Below are positions 1-14,300 of a stretch of 64,000 bases of DNA, in pieces (the first letter of the stretch is position 1; each line of letters opens with the position of its first letter). Origin of the DNA: Daphnia carinata. Its lineage: Eukaryota. The notes beneath the pieces were generated by a model. The model searched no databases, was not told the DNA's origin, and saw nothing but the letters and a program-made list of their open reading frames with translations. A program made the translations under genes and the position numbers. The stretch lies in assembly GCF_022539665.2 (NCBI RefSeq), contig NC_081331.1, forward strand, positions 7,316,001-7,380,000, read 5' to 3'.

Positions 1-3000
1 ATTCTTATTATTATTTTTTTTTTTAGTCTCTCCATCTACACTGAGAGTGTATAGTCTAGTTCCATCCGCCCTTCTTTGGCCCATGTACATGCCTCCCTCA
101 TTCTTTTCGCTCATTGCATGATGCAATAAAAGGAGTTCAAAAAAAAAAAAGAGAGAGAGAGTAAAAAAAAAAAAAAAAAAGACCCGTTTTGCTAAAGCTT
201 TTAGCAATTGCGTAACCTAACCGTTGAATTGTCCAGGTGAATCGCTAGAGTCGAACAGATAATGTAGCGATGCCTGACTGAACAGAGAGGCTACAGCTCG
301 TATTTGTTATTGCGGATCAGTATAGGGTGAAGTCGGCTGCAGAGCATCCCCAACACAGGCTATAATGCTTAAGCCATTCCAGTTTCTTCTTCTTTTTTTT
401 TTTTTTTTTGCAAAGCATTCGATGGCCTCTCTGCGGAGGTCGAATGGTAGATCTATAACATATCCATGTGTTGGTCGAGTCGAACTCGGTCTCTCTCTCT
501 TTCTATTTTTTTTTTTCTGGCTCTCTTGCTGTTTCTTTCTCTCTTTGGGGGGGGGTGGGGGGTTATGGAAGAATGCATCATACGCGGTCATCACTCATCG
601 CTGGTCCCTACTGACACAAGGGTCACACACAGTACTAGTAACCGAGCCAGTCTCCCATAGAGGCGAAATGCAAGGCAATATTCATACAGCCAACACAAAA
701 ACGAAAGAAGAAGAAGAAAAAAAAAAATCGAGGGATCCTCGTCTATTGTTTGCGGGAAGAAGGACGAAAAAAAAAAAAAAAAAAGAGAGAAACGACAACA
801 ACAAAAAAAAAAAAAAAAATACATGATCGGGAAAAGAGAGCCTTATAGGAACTACGTGGTACAACATGATGGACAAAATGAAAAACGAAAAAAAAAAAAA
901 AGGAAATATCGTTATTCAGGAAACCCCGGGGAAGAAAAATCCCAGTCACAATAACTATAAGCTTAACGTTTCCTTGACGGCCGAATCGGACGTCATTTTT
1001 GCGGCATGAAAAGGTTTGACGACGACGTCATTTGTATTTCCTATCATTCAGAGAACGAGGCGAATATTGATGCGTTACATCGTTTTTTTTTTTTTTTTTT
1101 TCAATTTTAGCTCATTCATTTGATTGTGAATATTTCTGTTATCTTAACGGCCGGGCTCGTCTGCCCAACTATGTGTGTGTGTGTCTTAAAAAAAAAAAAA
1201 AATAATAATTTTGTTTGCATTGTTGATTGTGATGGTTTATTGCTCGCACTTGCGCCGATGTACCGTACGATGACCACACTCTTGGTTGACATATTCCAGG
1301 AGGCAATACGGCACAGCTGCAGAGTGCCGCTAAACAACGGTACTCTTTTATTAATGGCTATATGGGTGTTTGTATGCGAGCGACTCAAAATGAGGGCTGC
1401 ACAATGCAGTAGCTAGTGCAACACCAGCTTTTCAGAGCACTAAAAGGTGCGTACATAATCTGAATGGGACTCTTGACTTTTCGGCTCGTCTTTCCACACC
1501 GCTATGATTCAGCCATGATGTCACTGTCCGTATGACGGGTCACACACAAATTATACTGCAGTCAGGCAGTGGTCTCCTCATTTTCTTCGTTATGTCATTC
1601 TTATTTTTGTTTGTTGTCATCTACCTATTGCTCCCCACCCCCCTCGTTCTCATCCTCACCCTTCTTTTACGTGTTGCTGTGTCCAGTTTTTGTGCGCAGT
1701 TTTACAGCGGGCTGTACACCACCCCCCACCCTTCACTATAGATGGGAAAAAGGAGAACTCGAGTTGAGGGAACTGGCGGTTCGCCCAGTTGCCCTCTACT
1801 TAATTTCTTGTTGTCTGTTGGTCGTGCAATTATATATAAAGAAGGGAGGACAAACATAATGTTGAGATAAGTGGAGCTGCAACAGCCGCTACGGCGGCCT
1901 CTCTCTCAGCTCATGGAGCATCATTTGCTGACGGGGAGGTCTTCATGACTGGAACACACCTGAAGTTAGACGATTGTTCAGAAAGGCAAAAGAAAAAAAA
2001 AAAAAATACAACGGTAACGGCAAATAAAGACGAGCTCTTTTTAAACACATTATCGAAGAAGAGTAACAAAGAGGAAAAGAAAAATATGAAAAAGATACTC
2101 AATTACCGATTAACGTTCATCATATCGTCGGCGCTGCTCTTTGTTCTCGTCAACTGACTAGTCCACTTTGTGTTTGAGTTGACCCCCGAAGCGGCAATTT
2201 CGAAAGTGAATGTTACAAAAGAATTTTTTTTTTTCTTCTCCCTCTTCACTTCATGGAAGGGGAAAAAAAAAATTGAGGGAGGGGGGGGGGGGGGTTGAGT
2301 AAAGATTGAAAGTAAACTTCCAACAGACGTAAAGCAGTACGGTAATAGAATTTTTGAGGGAAGGACTTTGGCTGCCGGCCTCCGGTCAAGCTCAACTTCT
2401 TTTCTTGAGCTTATGGTGCTGAAGTTATGTGCATAAGCGCAGCTATGCCGTCTGCTCTTCAATCTCGCCTCGTTTTTTTTTTTTTTTTCTTCTTTGGCCG
2501 GATTCCTTTAGCCGTCCGACTTTTATTAACTCCCCCACGCCCAATTCGTGTCTACTTGGCTCCTTTCATCTCTTCCGCCCTCGCAAGCTTTTTTTTTTTC
2601 TATTGCATAACTTGATGAAAATTCAAAACGGAAATTTCTCCGTCGATAGCGAAATTTGCCGCCATTTTTCTAAACACACCATAAGCATGTATATATATAT
2701 ATACAGTATATATTATTCAATAGTTATGGACGGTTATCAGAAAGGTTAGACCTGAAAGGAGCTGCAGCGTAGGTAAAAAACCTGAACTGGAATTGCAATT
2801 CGATGAACTTTTGTGTTATATAGCGCCCTGTTGAGAACGCTCGCACGCCCTTTTCTTCTTTCTATTTTAACAGCGAGCTGTGAAAAACAAAACTAAAAGT
2901 TGAAAGGTTCTGAAAAAAACAAAAACGAGGTAAACAATCATAAAAATAAGGAAAGCCCTTTCACACGCCCCGATTGTTTCGAGATGGCGAGTAACGTTCC

Positions 3001-4836
3001 AACCGGAGCCTCTTGGTCTTCTGCCTCTATACTTTCATGCCGCTCGAAAACAAAAACCTCACACTGAAAAAAAAAAGAAAAAAGAAAATCCATTGGCGAA
3101 AACCGCAGTGACCTGACTCGAAAAAAAAAAAAAAATGTCCCGACCGATGGGAAGCGAAAAACAGAAATGCACGACAGACAACTCCTTCCTACCTCTTTTC
3201 ATTTCATCCTGCGGACTTTTTTTTTTTTACGATTGCAAAGGTGCGCACGTTAACCTACTTTGATCCGGCGGCCGGATGACGATAAGTCTCACCGACCACA
3301 CGACTATAAAAGAATAGGAAAAAAAAAAAAAAAGAGAATCGTTTCGCCGGATGATGGATACCCATGACCGCGTTTCTAGAGCGATGTGATGAGCTGCTAC
3401 ACGGTCGTTTCGCCAGGCCAAGGTAGCCGCTTCTTCCTCTTTTTTTTTTCTACATTTTATAGCGAGAGGGAGAGAGAGAGAGCGTGAGAGAGTCATGGCT
3501 AGGGTTGTCTGTCGAAGGTAGATTGAATCGTTGCATTTTGCCTCGTCAAAGATTCACGTTAAAAAGCAATTGGGATCGAAATAATGTTACTCTTGGCCTT
3601 TCATGACTTCTCGTTGACGAATAGGGTGACCGGTTTTTTCTTTTTCTTTTTTTTTTTTTTTGTACTTTTATTCTCCCATGCTCTTTTGCATGGCATTTTC
3701 TGTTTTCCTTTTACCTCCGTGTTTTGACATTGCCCCGGTGCGCCCAGCGAAATATCCATTAAAGATGAGCTGGGAAAGAACAATCAATCATATCGACCAC
3801 AAACCATATGCGAGATTTCTCTCGTTTTGGTTCTCTATCTTCTCATTTCTCTTCCAGTGCCTATCCATTTTTTTTTTCCGCGTTTTTTTTTTTTTTTTTT
3901 TTTTTTTTCGATTCAATGCCACTTGGAAATCGACCGAAGGACGGCAGTCAATTCGGCACGATTCGATTTGTTTTACTATTGCGCGTTTTATTGAGCGCAT
4001 CAGGGTCATCCGCGTGGGTTTCGTTCTTTTCCCACATTTCTTCTCCTCTTCCCCTGTCCAGATGAATAGAGTTTTGTTTCTGGTCCTTCAAACAATCGGC
4101 TTCTTGCTCTATACACTCGCTTAAATGTGACTATAGTCTCTTGATTATGAAAACGACGATCGAAGAGTGAAATGGATTCGATGCAAATGAGGGCCCAACG
4201 TGATGGATGCCGTCTCCGTTTCTCCCATTGTTATTCTCTTATTTATTTATTTTTCCTTCCAATGTTTCTTTCCAAACAATCCAAACCTTCGCATTTTTTT
4301 CAGGGAGAGATGGGGATTATGAGAAACGCAGGCCATCAGAGGGAAGAATTGAAAACAAAGAAGAAACGCATGTGAAGATGTCCGCTGTCTACAGATGTTG
4401 CATCATGTGAACTGTGGTGTCTTCGGTGCTTTCAATAATAGTGGAATTCGACCATCCTCCATCTTTCCGAGAGGTTTCATTTGACTGTTAACCCACACGA
4501 TGAATACGTAGAATGTCGGTCCGGCTGCCTTGATTATCTGCGGAGGAATGCAGCCGCGGGAATCTATTAGCATAGTTGGTTTCAACGTTCGAACACGACC
4601 GACTGTTGTATAATTTAAGTGGCAGTCGCGCCATCTTCTACAAGCTGTTTGGATATTTTTTTTTTTTTTTTTTAAGCGTTAATACTCATTTCTACCGGTA
4701 GCGTAGACAAGCAATTTGTCCGGACTTTTATTTCCTCTGTCCTCGCCCTTCATTTTCTGTGCCTTCATTTTTCCTCGTCTCTCTCCATTTGTTTTTTGTT
4801 TTTGTTTTTCTATGACTTGTCATCGTTTACCAAAGT

Positions 4837-4875
4837 AAACGCCTGGCAAACGCCTGGCAAACGCCTGGCAAACGC
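4837..4875 (+). repeat. Perfect tandem repeat, 11-bp unit AAACGCCTGGC x3.5
   Basis: aaacgcctggc aaacgcctggc aaacgcctggc aaacgc read directly. Confidence 0.9.
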
Positions 4876-6096
4876 AAAACAAAAAAATGTCGACCTCGTT
4901 GATTTTACGTTGTCGTTTCCAATGATCGATACGTCATCAGTTATTTCTGGGAAAGTCACAATTCATCAGATTCCAGGTACCAACGTCTTTTTCCATCGTA
5001 CCGAATATATAGTATATTTTTTTTTTTCGATTCCGCTCTCCCTCTCTCCTTCATCCCATATTGTTTTTTTATTTCGACTTTTCTACGGTGAGGAATCCAC
5101 TTGATGCCAGAACTTGCGTCTATCCTATTGACTGATTCATCCAAATTTGAATAGATGGTTTTGCTCGAACGCTGTTCGCCTGTTCAGCTCCAAACATAAG
5201 GGCATACATACATCTAAACAGTTCACCGTGTGTCCCTTCGCTGTTGTTTTGGGCATGGAACGAGGGCAAGCAACAGAGGAACACACACACACACAAAAAA
5301 AAAAATACAACAGCGTTATGTACATACACGTGCAGTCCACCTAAACTTGAGGGACGTGGCAAGCGCCGATCAGTCCAATACCGAGAGGTCAGCATTATTT
5401 CGCCACAGCGGGATGCGATACCCATCGACATTTTACCGTACGCGTCCGCTGGAAGTGTATAGAGGAGAGGGAAAAAAAAAAAAAATAAAAAAATATGCGT
5501 CTATACAAACCAGTACGAAGCGTTTATATATCTCCTTGTCATCGTTTTTGTGACAATATGGAAAGTGAGTTTTTGTGTCTGGGGGAGCCAAGATACGGTA
5601 ACACACATACCACTGTATCTTGTGTACTGTTCTGATTTTTCCGTTTGATTTTCTTATTATTATTCTTGTTTATTTATTTATTTTTTTTTTGCTTGTTTCC
5701 TTGTTACGTTATTTTATTTGCTCTCTCTCTTTTTTTTATTGACTATTTTATTTTTTTTTTTTTTGCTTTAAGGGGTTCGAGTCTTGTGGTCGCCTTCTAT
5801 CCAATAAGATGGCGATTCTGGCGTTTATTGACGAGCGAGAGTCCTATTGCGGAATCGCGTTCCACGTCACGGATGCCTTTCGTTCTGAGCTTTAGGGCTA
5901 CCTGATTGATATCAGTTCCTTTTCTTTTTTGTACAGTATCACGTTCCTGCATCCTCCCCTACCCAGCAGGCAGGTTCGTACAATGAGAACATTGGGGAAA
6001 GACAAATAGAAATAAACAAGGGAAAACCGAAATTCAATTAATTCTTCTCTTTCGTCTCACCTTTTTTCTTTTCTTTTTCTTTCTTTGTGTTTATCT

Positions 6097-6130
<34 letters not shown>

Positions 6131-6378
6131 ACTGTGTCTGTTGTACACTGAAGAATTTGGGTGGCGGCTCGAATGCGCCTACTCCATCGGTTAAGAAACA
6201 AAGTTGAAATGTCGTTTTTTGACGTGGACAACCCTTGAAATCAAAAGAGAGACGAAATCTAAGCAAGATGAAATTGCTGACGATGGGAGGGACGAGAATG
6301 ATCATCTATATAAATAGAGGCTATCTGAGAGAGGGGAAGAGAGAAAGAGCGAGAATAAGAGAAAGAAAAAAAAAACAC

Positions 6379-6381
<3 letters not shown>

Positions 6382-6411
<30 letters not shown>
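6382..6411 (+). repeat. (AG)15 microsatellite
   Basis: Read directly. Confidence 0.9.
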
Positions 6412-6412
<1 letters not shown>

Positions 6413-9400
6413 AATCGGCTGGTGAGCGTTTACAGCATAACCCAGTGATGGATGAGTGTCCGACGGCGTCGTCCGACTTTCTGGAGCGAGCGGAGAAGCG
6501 AAAGGACATTCAGTATACTGCGGCGTGTCCAATTGTTGCGATGAAAGAAGCAAATCTCGTGACAGCACCCCCCGTCCCCCCCCCCCCTCTGACTGTCTGT
6601 CGTTTTTTTTTTTTTTTCCTGGTTCCATATTACTGTATATATAGTATATGAGATATGGAGTTATGGACGGCCACGCAGACGGGTGGAGCACACACACACA
6701 CACACAAAAAAAAAAGTAGGGGGCAACGCACATACACACACAAAAAATGAGAAGATGAGGGAAATGAGAGGTCGCAGAGGGGGCCACGATGGGACCTAGG
6801 GGACATGAAATGAGGATCTCCACGCCGCCAACACCACCGACAACTCCGAAAAGAAAAGAACAAAAAAAAAAAAAAATAGAGGAGTAAAAAATATATATAA
6901 AAAAAAAACCAACAACATGGCACTAGGGTGGGAATTATTAGAGGGCAATAACCAGCCGAGTGAGCTTACAGTCCTGATGGCCTAGTCCAGTTTGTATCCT
7001 GAATCAATTCTTATGTCAACTCCCCCCACCCCCCTCTTCGTAAAAGCACAAGCGAATCGGATGGTGATGACGTCAAATTTCTTATTTTCTATTGCCAATT
7101 CAGTTGGGAAAAGGTTGACGTGCTAATGGTTTGCTTCTTCACACCTCCAGATTTTGTTCTTTCTTATCGATGAAAAAGCAAATCAATGAATAGATTCGAT
7201 CTGAATCCCACTCTTTTGTTTTTTTCACGGCCAGTTGGATGAAGCCATTGACTAATAGTAGAAGCGTCCAACATCTCCTGTATTTTTTTCGTCGTTGTTT
7301 CTCTTCTCCGTGACGAACGACTTTGCTTTGATACGCTTATTCATATTAACCGAGATGTAGGAGAAAGATCCATTTTGGCAACTGTATACACAAAAATACA
7401 TGTAGGTATATATATATATAACTCTCTGTGTTTTTATATCTCTAATATATATATATATATAGATAAGGCAATAGCGCGGGGTGGACACACAGAGGAATGA
7501 CACACACACACACAAAAGAAAAAAAAGAGAGTGGAGAACGGAGGAGGGATATGTTGGCTCGTAACTCATTCTTCATTGGTCCGCTTATTGGCCGCGATGG
7601 ATGCCGTCCGGAAGTTTTTTTTTTTCTCTCTCTCCTCTTGTGTTTATATCTTTTCTCCTTTTTTTCTAGATCCACACGCAGAAAAGAATATCTGGGCGTT
7701 ATCCCTCAATATCTAACAGTTCCGCTATATAGCCTCCATTGTTCGAGAGGCCCTATATCGATAGGACTTGTATCTCTCTCTTTCTCTCATAGCAAATGGG
7801 GATATGTTATGTGTACTATTCCTCTCCATATAGACGTATTAGGCATGTATTAAATGTATGCTGTATATATATATATATCTATGTACAACTGTTTGTTGGA
7901 CTGTTTATTCCACAGCCACCTACTGCCTCTTCGACCCTCCTCCTTTTTCGACTGGGTGATGGCCACCAGAAAGCGGGGAAAAAAAAAGGGGGGGGGGGGG
8001 TTACTGGATTGCATTTGGTGCCTTACGGAATTGCGGTGGCGATGGTTGTGACTGGTGGTAGAGGACACCGAGAGAGCAAAGCGAAATCTCTAATACTGCA
8101 CTGTAATAAATGTACGACGCTTGGAAGGCCAAGAGTATACGGGATTCCTTTTTTTCTTGATGTTTCGGTAGTTGCCTCTCTTTCTTTTTTGCTCAAGCGC
8201 TGCTTCAATTACTCGCAATGGGGTAATGAAGCTCTTTAGATTCCACTATCGCTGATTGGAGGCGCCCGTCTGGCTGTGTTTCAGATTTTTGTCCCTTTTT
8301 TTTTTTTTTGTTCTTGTCCAAAGAGACAAACTCCGTGTCACATAAAGCCTATACTAGTTGAAGACTGGTTTTTCTTCAAACATTTGAAGTTGGGATCAAA
8401 CGACAAACGAGTTCATCGACGCTTCCCAATCTGGATCCACCAGTTTGGCACTGCCAGCCTACAGCTGATTTCCAGTTAGCACATTCAAAACAACAAAACC
8501 AAAAAATGCTGCCGAAGTAGCGCCACGATATGTTCGTCCATGATGCTAACCAGCAGTAAGATGATATTATTATGAAGAGGTATTAGCATTGGTGAACGCG
8601 CTGGTGTGGACCAATGAACAACCCATACCCATTTTGCTAAAAAACTATGCCCTTATTCCCTGTCCACATTGATAGAAATATCCACAGATTGGGTAAACCG
8701 AATGATCTAATGGGTGCATTTTTTTTTTCTCTTTCTTCTTTTTCCTCTGTCCGGAGACCAGGGGAGTTGAGGGGTGAAAGAAAGGGAAGACACATGTGTC
8801 CAACAGCTGCTAGGTCGAGTCCTAGACGTCTGCCAACGTACGTTTAACATTCATCAATTGGGTCAAAAGTTACGCAACTCGTGATTATTTCACTAGCCCA
8901 TATGGCAGTGTGTCCGAAGTGATCGAAATATTTGACATTAACCGAATCAACGAAGACGCAAGCGTCGTATTGCTAACAATCATCAACTCAAAAGGGCTGT
9001 GAAAGCTGTGAGAAGCAAGACTTCAAAAAACAAAAACAAAAACAAACTTGTATAGCGACACGCTATTATGTTTCTCGTTTACGTAGGCAGGAAGTGGAAC
9101 AAGTTGTGTGTCTCAGATTTGGAAATTTTACTCGAAAAAAAAAGCAAACATACGAAGGAAACCTACAAATGCTGGTTGGTGGTTGGCGGTTGGCGGTACG
9201 GAACGACCAATGTGATAATCATGCAAACATGTCAGTGTTGACATCTTGACCAAGTGGGACCGCTCTGATAAGATGTTTTTTCTTTTTTAGTTTTTCTTGA
9301 CTATTTCTATCTGAGTAAAAAAAAAATACATATATATACGTACAACCACAGATCTAGAGCAACAGTGGTGTGGCTGGGCGAGACGACCGGGCGACCGCTG

Positions 9401-11300
9401 TTGCAAGTTAGCGGAAATGTCACTTGATTACTATGACATGTCCAAACCAAATTACTTTTTATTTTTTATTTTTGTTCTGTGCACAGACATGTACGGTATT
9501 GACTGGTACGTAGTGATTACTACTGGTTGAGTTTGTTTCCTTGGTGTCTTTTCTAGCTAACAATCTATAAAGTCTCGTTGTAACATTGCCATGATTACCA
9601 AGTTGAACAGCCGCCTAGGCGAACTATAACTAAAAGCAAGGGGATGAAAACGATAAAGATGGAGAAAGGGAGAGTGAGAGAGGGAGAGACATTTAATTTG
9701 CATAGTTACTATTCCCGGGCACGATAGCAGGTCTTTCGCGGGAGCGGCATCATTATCGAACAATTCCAGTGGTATGTGGGAGGGTGAAGATCCGACCCGA
9801 GCAGCTGACACATCTTCTTTTTTTTCCATTTTGACAAAGCCAATTGAAATGGCGAACATCACATTACACGCTTGCAGCCGTTGCATTATTATTATTTTTT
9901 TTTTTTCCTTCTTGTTTGTGAAGATTTAAAAAAAAAAAAAAGCAAACGGCGGTAAGCTATTCGTTTTAAAATCGATATGTTATATTGTTTCTCCATCTTT
10001 TTTTTTCTGTCCTTTCCTAAAATGATAACCAGATTTCAAACAGCCTAGTAAAAAAAAAAAACGTCAATGGTTTAGCGCTGGTTTTACAATTAAAGAAACG
10101 ATTTTGCGCATCTTTTCTTTCGTTTTTCTCTATTCAGTTCCCTTTTTTTCCCCTCCCTTTTCGTCACGCGTGTTTATGACAGTGCCGATATTTTCCGACG
10201 ATAGCGCGGTTTTTAGTCGGTTGCTCACCGCATCGCCAGCAAACCACTGCAAAGTTTTGATGCCCGTTGCGATTGGTTATCTCTGATTTACAGGGGACCG
10301 GGGTCGGTAAATTTCAAGTTAACTGATAAGAAATCAACCGCAACCATTAGGACACATCGTTTTTTTTCTTCTTTTCTTTTCTCCGTCGGCGTTCGTCTTT
10401 TTTTTCTCCGAAAATGGCAATAACACAGCAGTCGTCCGTGTGTTGCGTTGGCGGTCACAGGAGATTAGTGGCATAGTAGCTTTCTTCTGACTATTTTTCC
10501 CCTTCTTTGTCTCTCTTTTCCGTCTCCTCAGTCTCCATCATAGATATTGGATTTATTTTCCAGGTTTCATTGTTCTGTTGCGGTTGCTCTCGTATAATCG
10601 AAAGCGGATAAATCATAGCGAATTTCGATGGCCAAACGCGTGGAAGTACACTTTCAAGAGCAGTGAGAGTAAGGAATGAAACGGTTAAGAACTGGCATGT
10701 GAAACAGAGGAAGAAAAATAGCTATAGTTATCAATCGCTTCTGATTATTTATTTACGACCGCATTTTTTGTCGATTTGAACAGCCAATAATATAAAAGAT
10801 CTTTCCATATTGCTAGTGAGAAATGGCTCGACATTTTGCTGGTCAAACGACACGGCTTCCTGCGGCCAAACGAGCATCATTTCGACGATGCCGCTTTAGA
10901 ATCACCATACATACTTGTTTCCTGTATACAGAGAAGAGCGTAGAGACAACTATCGAAGAGAGTTTCGCTTCGTGCGACCGACCATGAAATTCAACGCTAA
11001 ACACGGGGCTTCAAAACATCTACTACTTAGATAGTCTTTTCAAACATTGGCGCATCGACAAGCAAGGGACAAGGGGATTTGGGAAAAAACGGTGGGGTAG
11101 AAAAAAAAAAAAGAAATTCTATTCAATTGATCAGGAGCCAACCGTTCGTGTCGCTTTTTACCTATAGTGGTTCACAGTGACCATCTCTGAAGTACGAAAT
11201 CGTGGGGCGCTTGAAAAGATGTAACACAGGCTTGGCTGATGTTCTATAGTTGGGGTAGGGCAGATAATTTTTTTTTTTTTACTTTTATGTTTATTTCTAA

Positions 11301-11330
11301 TTTTATTTTATTTTATTTTATTTTATTTTA
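11301..11330 (+). repeat. (TTTTA)6 microsatellite
   Basis: Read directly; continues into a poly-T run. Confidence 0.85.
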
Positions 11331-14300
11331 TTTTTTTTTTGAGGGACCGGTATTTGCTACCGAAGCAGAAATCTATTGAAACTACCGTGCAGCATTCAGA
11401 ATGCCGAATGATAGAAAATCGCCTGGGCGGAACGTGTATACAGCTCAAAAGATGTGGATGAAGGGATTTTTAACTGCTGTCTGGTGTCTATGGCACGTCA
11501 ATGGATGAAACGTATCCAAAAACCAACGGCATCACGTTAAAAAAAAAGCATATTGACCCTGAAGTTGACTCACTGGTTTATTGGCTTTCAGTTCGTTGCC
11601 AAATTTTTTATTTTATTTTATTTTTTTTTCACTTTGACGACGACAGATTTTCGATAAGATAGCGGGATGACGAAGTTTACTTGTCTGCTTTTTCATTTGT
11701 TCTTTGACGCTTTTGAATGTATAGCAACTTGCGGCTTTCTAGATGGCTAAATCACCGCACATTCAACTGAAACCGGATTATGTTTTTTTGACATTAGACA
11801 GACTGATGGTCACGGACAATTTGTATGCTCAATCAGCAATGAGAAGCCGTTTGTGCCGCCAGGATAATTAAGCTGAAAACATCCAACACTGCGAACAACA
11901 ACGAATCAATGTACCTTCCAAAATGGGTTCATTCTCAGGCCCGGCAGTCTCACCTTAACAAACTTATGCTTGTAACTACGTAATTGGATAGTACTGCTTA
12001 TTGTACGACTATTTCTGAATTCACATCAAATTAAAATTTTTTCAACTTTGAAGATAACTCATTTTATTGTGTTCAATGTTAAGTCCATTTTTTTTTTTTT
12101 CACTTCTTTCGGTTGTAAAGAAATAAAGAAACGGTGCGTTCAATCGAATAATTAAGATAGCAATATAACCAGCTATCTTCATTTGCTATGAAAAAGGTCT
12201 CCGCTTCGGTCAATCTTTCTGCTTGTGCAGGCGATAATAAATACTGAAGCATGACGCCTCGCTGATGTTTTATGGTTTATTAGAGACATTTCGGTTTCCC
12301 GCGTGCCAGAGCGCCAACAGCGCCGTTGACGAAACGTTCGAATTCCTCTTGCAGTCATCGAGATGTGGGAAGCCAACGTTCTTACGTCGTCCAGCGACTT
12401 GATATAACAAATAGCCTCCACAGATAAGCAGCCGAGAGAGAGAGAAAGAGGAAAAAAATAAAATAAAATAAATAAGAAAAATAAAAAGAAAGAAAAAAAG
12501 AGAATGTGGGAAGAAAAAAGTAATGTAAAATGGATATAGTAGAAGGAAACGAATGAGTGATGCAGCCTCACGGCCAGAAAGGGGTTGTACACGCGCATCG
12601 TAATAACCCGGGCTCCGCGTCAGTAACAAGATCATAAATATCTAAGATGGCGTAATGCGCTGGCCGACGTGGGTGGCTCTTTGATGGCTGTCCAGTCCTC
12701 AGTTTGCCGTGTCTCATCCGCCAGCCAAACAACACAGCCAGCGAGCACATCACGATACATTACATCCTATGTGGCCACTCGACTTTTTTCCTCGGCTATT
12801 GTGAAGGTGGGAAAAAAGTATAACGCACAAGATTTTACGCACTACAAAAAGAATGGAAAAAAGAGAGAAAAAAAAAAAAAAATAATAGAATAGACAAGAC
12901 GCGGTACCGCTTTTTGCTTTGGTTTCTATATCAAGAACCGAGAGAGCGGGAATGAGAGAAAACAACAACAACAGCGAAACAATGCATCATTACGAGTTAA
13001 TATGATAATGAACCAATCTTTCTGTTTACGTGGAAACAAGCGAGCCAGGAGATAGGCAAGTGAAGCCGAGAGGCAGAAAAAAGAAGAGCTCTAACCAAAA
13101 AACCGTTGACCACCAGCATCGTTTTTTTCTTTTTTGTGTGTTCTTGAGCCAGACTGCCAGCGAGAGAGAATCGCTCGCTATGCGTGGGTTATGCACGTTT
13201 TCTCTTCATGCCTGTGTCGAGTCTGAGATTGTTTGTGGGTTTTTTTTGAAAATGAGAACCTTGAACTCGACTCCCCTTCGCCTATGGTGTGGACCCACTA
13301 AGTCATTAGTGGTTATATGCGACCATTGGTCATTCCGTGCTACACCGAAACAAGAAAAGAAAATAGATACGGCCGCTTCCAGCTTGCACAGCACAAAAAA
13401 AAAAGCATGAAGTGACCGTGGCGAATGTGTCACGACAGGCGAAGCCTTTCGTTCGACTCATCGTTTTCCTTTGGAGAACAAAAAAAGAAAAGGGTGGCCA
13501 GACAGAGAAAGGGAGGACACGCTCACGTTCATTACGACGTCGTTTTTTTTTTTCTTTCGTAGCGGTCACGCTGTCCTGGGCATCCCGGACCTGCGGCCGT
13601 TCAATACAAAATATTTTCCATATTCTCTCTTCGTGTGGATACGGGAAATTAAAATAAAACAAAAAAAAAAAAAAAAAGAGAAAAAGAAACTGCGCTATGA
13701 CATTGTGTTCCATAGAAGGGTCAAGAGATCACCATAAGGGAAGAGGACCATTAAGCGAAGCGGACCAGATGGCCACTGGTTGCGGTCACTAAAGTTTATC
13801 TCGTCTCCTCATTTTCTTTTTTTTTTTTTTTCTTCCCAATTTTCTTCTTCTCCTCTGCTTTGCTGCGCTATACGTGTGTGTAATTGTATACGTAGTTTGT
13901 GTATATGTGCGTGGCGGCATTTTTCAATTTTTTTTTTCTCTTTTACAACTCAACAACGTCCAGCAGGCAAAGTCCACTCTATCATCAGCATTTGTGTTTC
14001 CCACGTTATTTTCATATTTTTTTTTACTATAGTCGTCTCTTTAGTGGCTACTGAGTAGCTAGTCTGCAACAAAGCGACAATTTATTTTTAGATTCATTTT
14101 GACAGTTTACGACATGTCTGGAGGTTAACACGACAGAGTAAAATCACGGAGATTGCGCGCTCATATCCTTTGTTTAAATTCATAATCCGATTTTTTTAGT
14201 GCATTTTTTATTTCAAAAGAATGAATTAGTTTTATTTTAAATAGTGCACAGAGGTGGCATACAGGTTTCAGATTAGCCGCAACGTTAAAAGCCACACATT

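Noticed and set aside
4837..4875. Repeat considered as a CRISPR-like array
   Set aside because: Units are only 11 bp, contiguous with no spacers, and the context is eukaryotic with no cas genes.
7756..7763. DRE motif TATCGATA (also 16715-16722)
   Set aside because: Isolated 8-mers with no associated gene or other promoter evidence; frequency is compatible with chance.
13412..13460. VSRQAKP, loosely resembling the MSRRKQAKP NuRD motif
   Set aside because: Lacks the initiator Met and the essential RRK residues, and no suitable donor follows.
12364..14005. Su(H)/CSL-type YGTGRGAA sites (12364, 12505, 13998; also 36760, 37367 and others)
   Set aside because: I counted roughly a dozen by eye against about 8 expected by chance for this degenerate 8-mer on both strands. 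There is no paired-site (SPS) geometry, so Notch regulation cannot be claimed.
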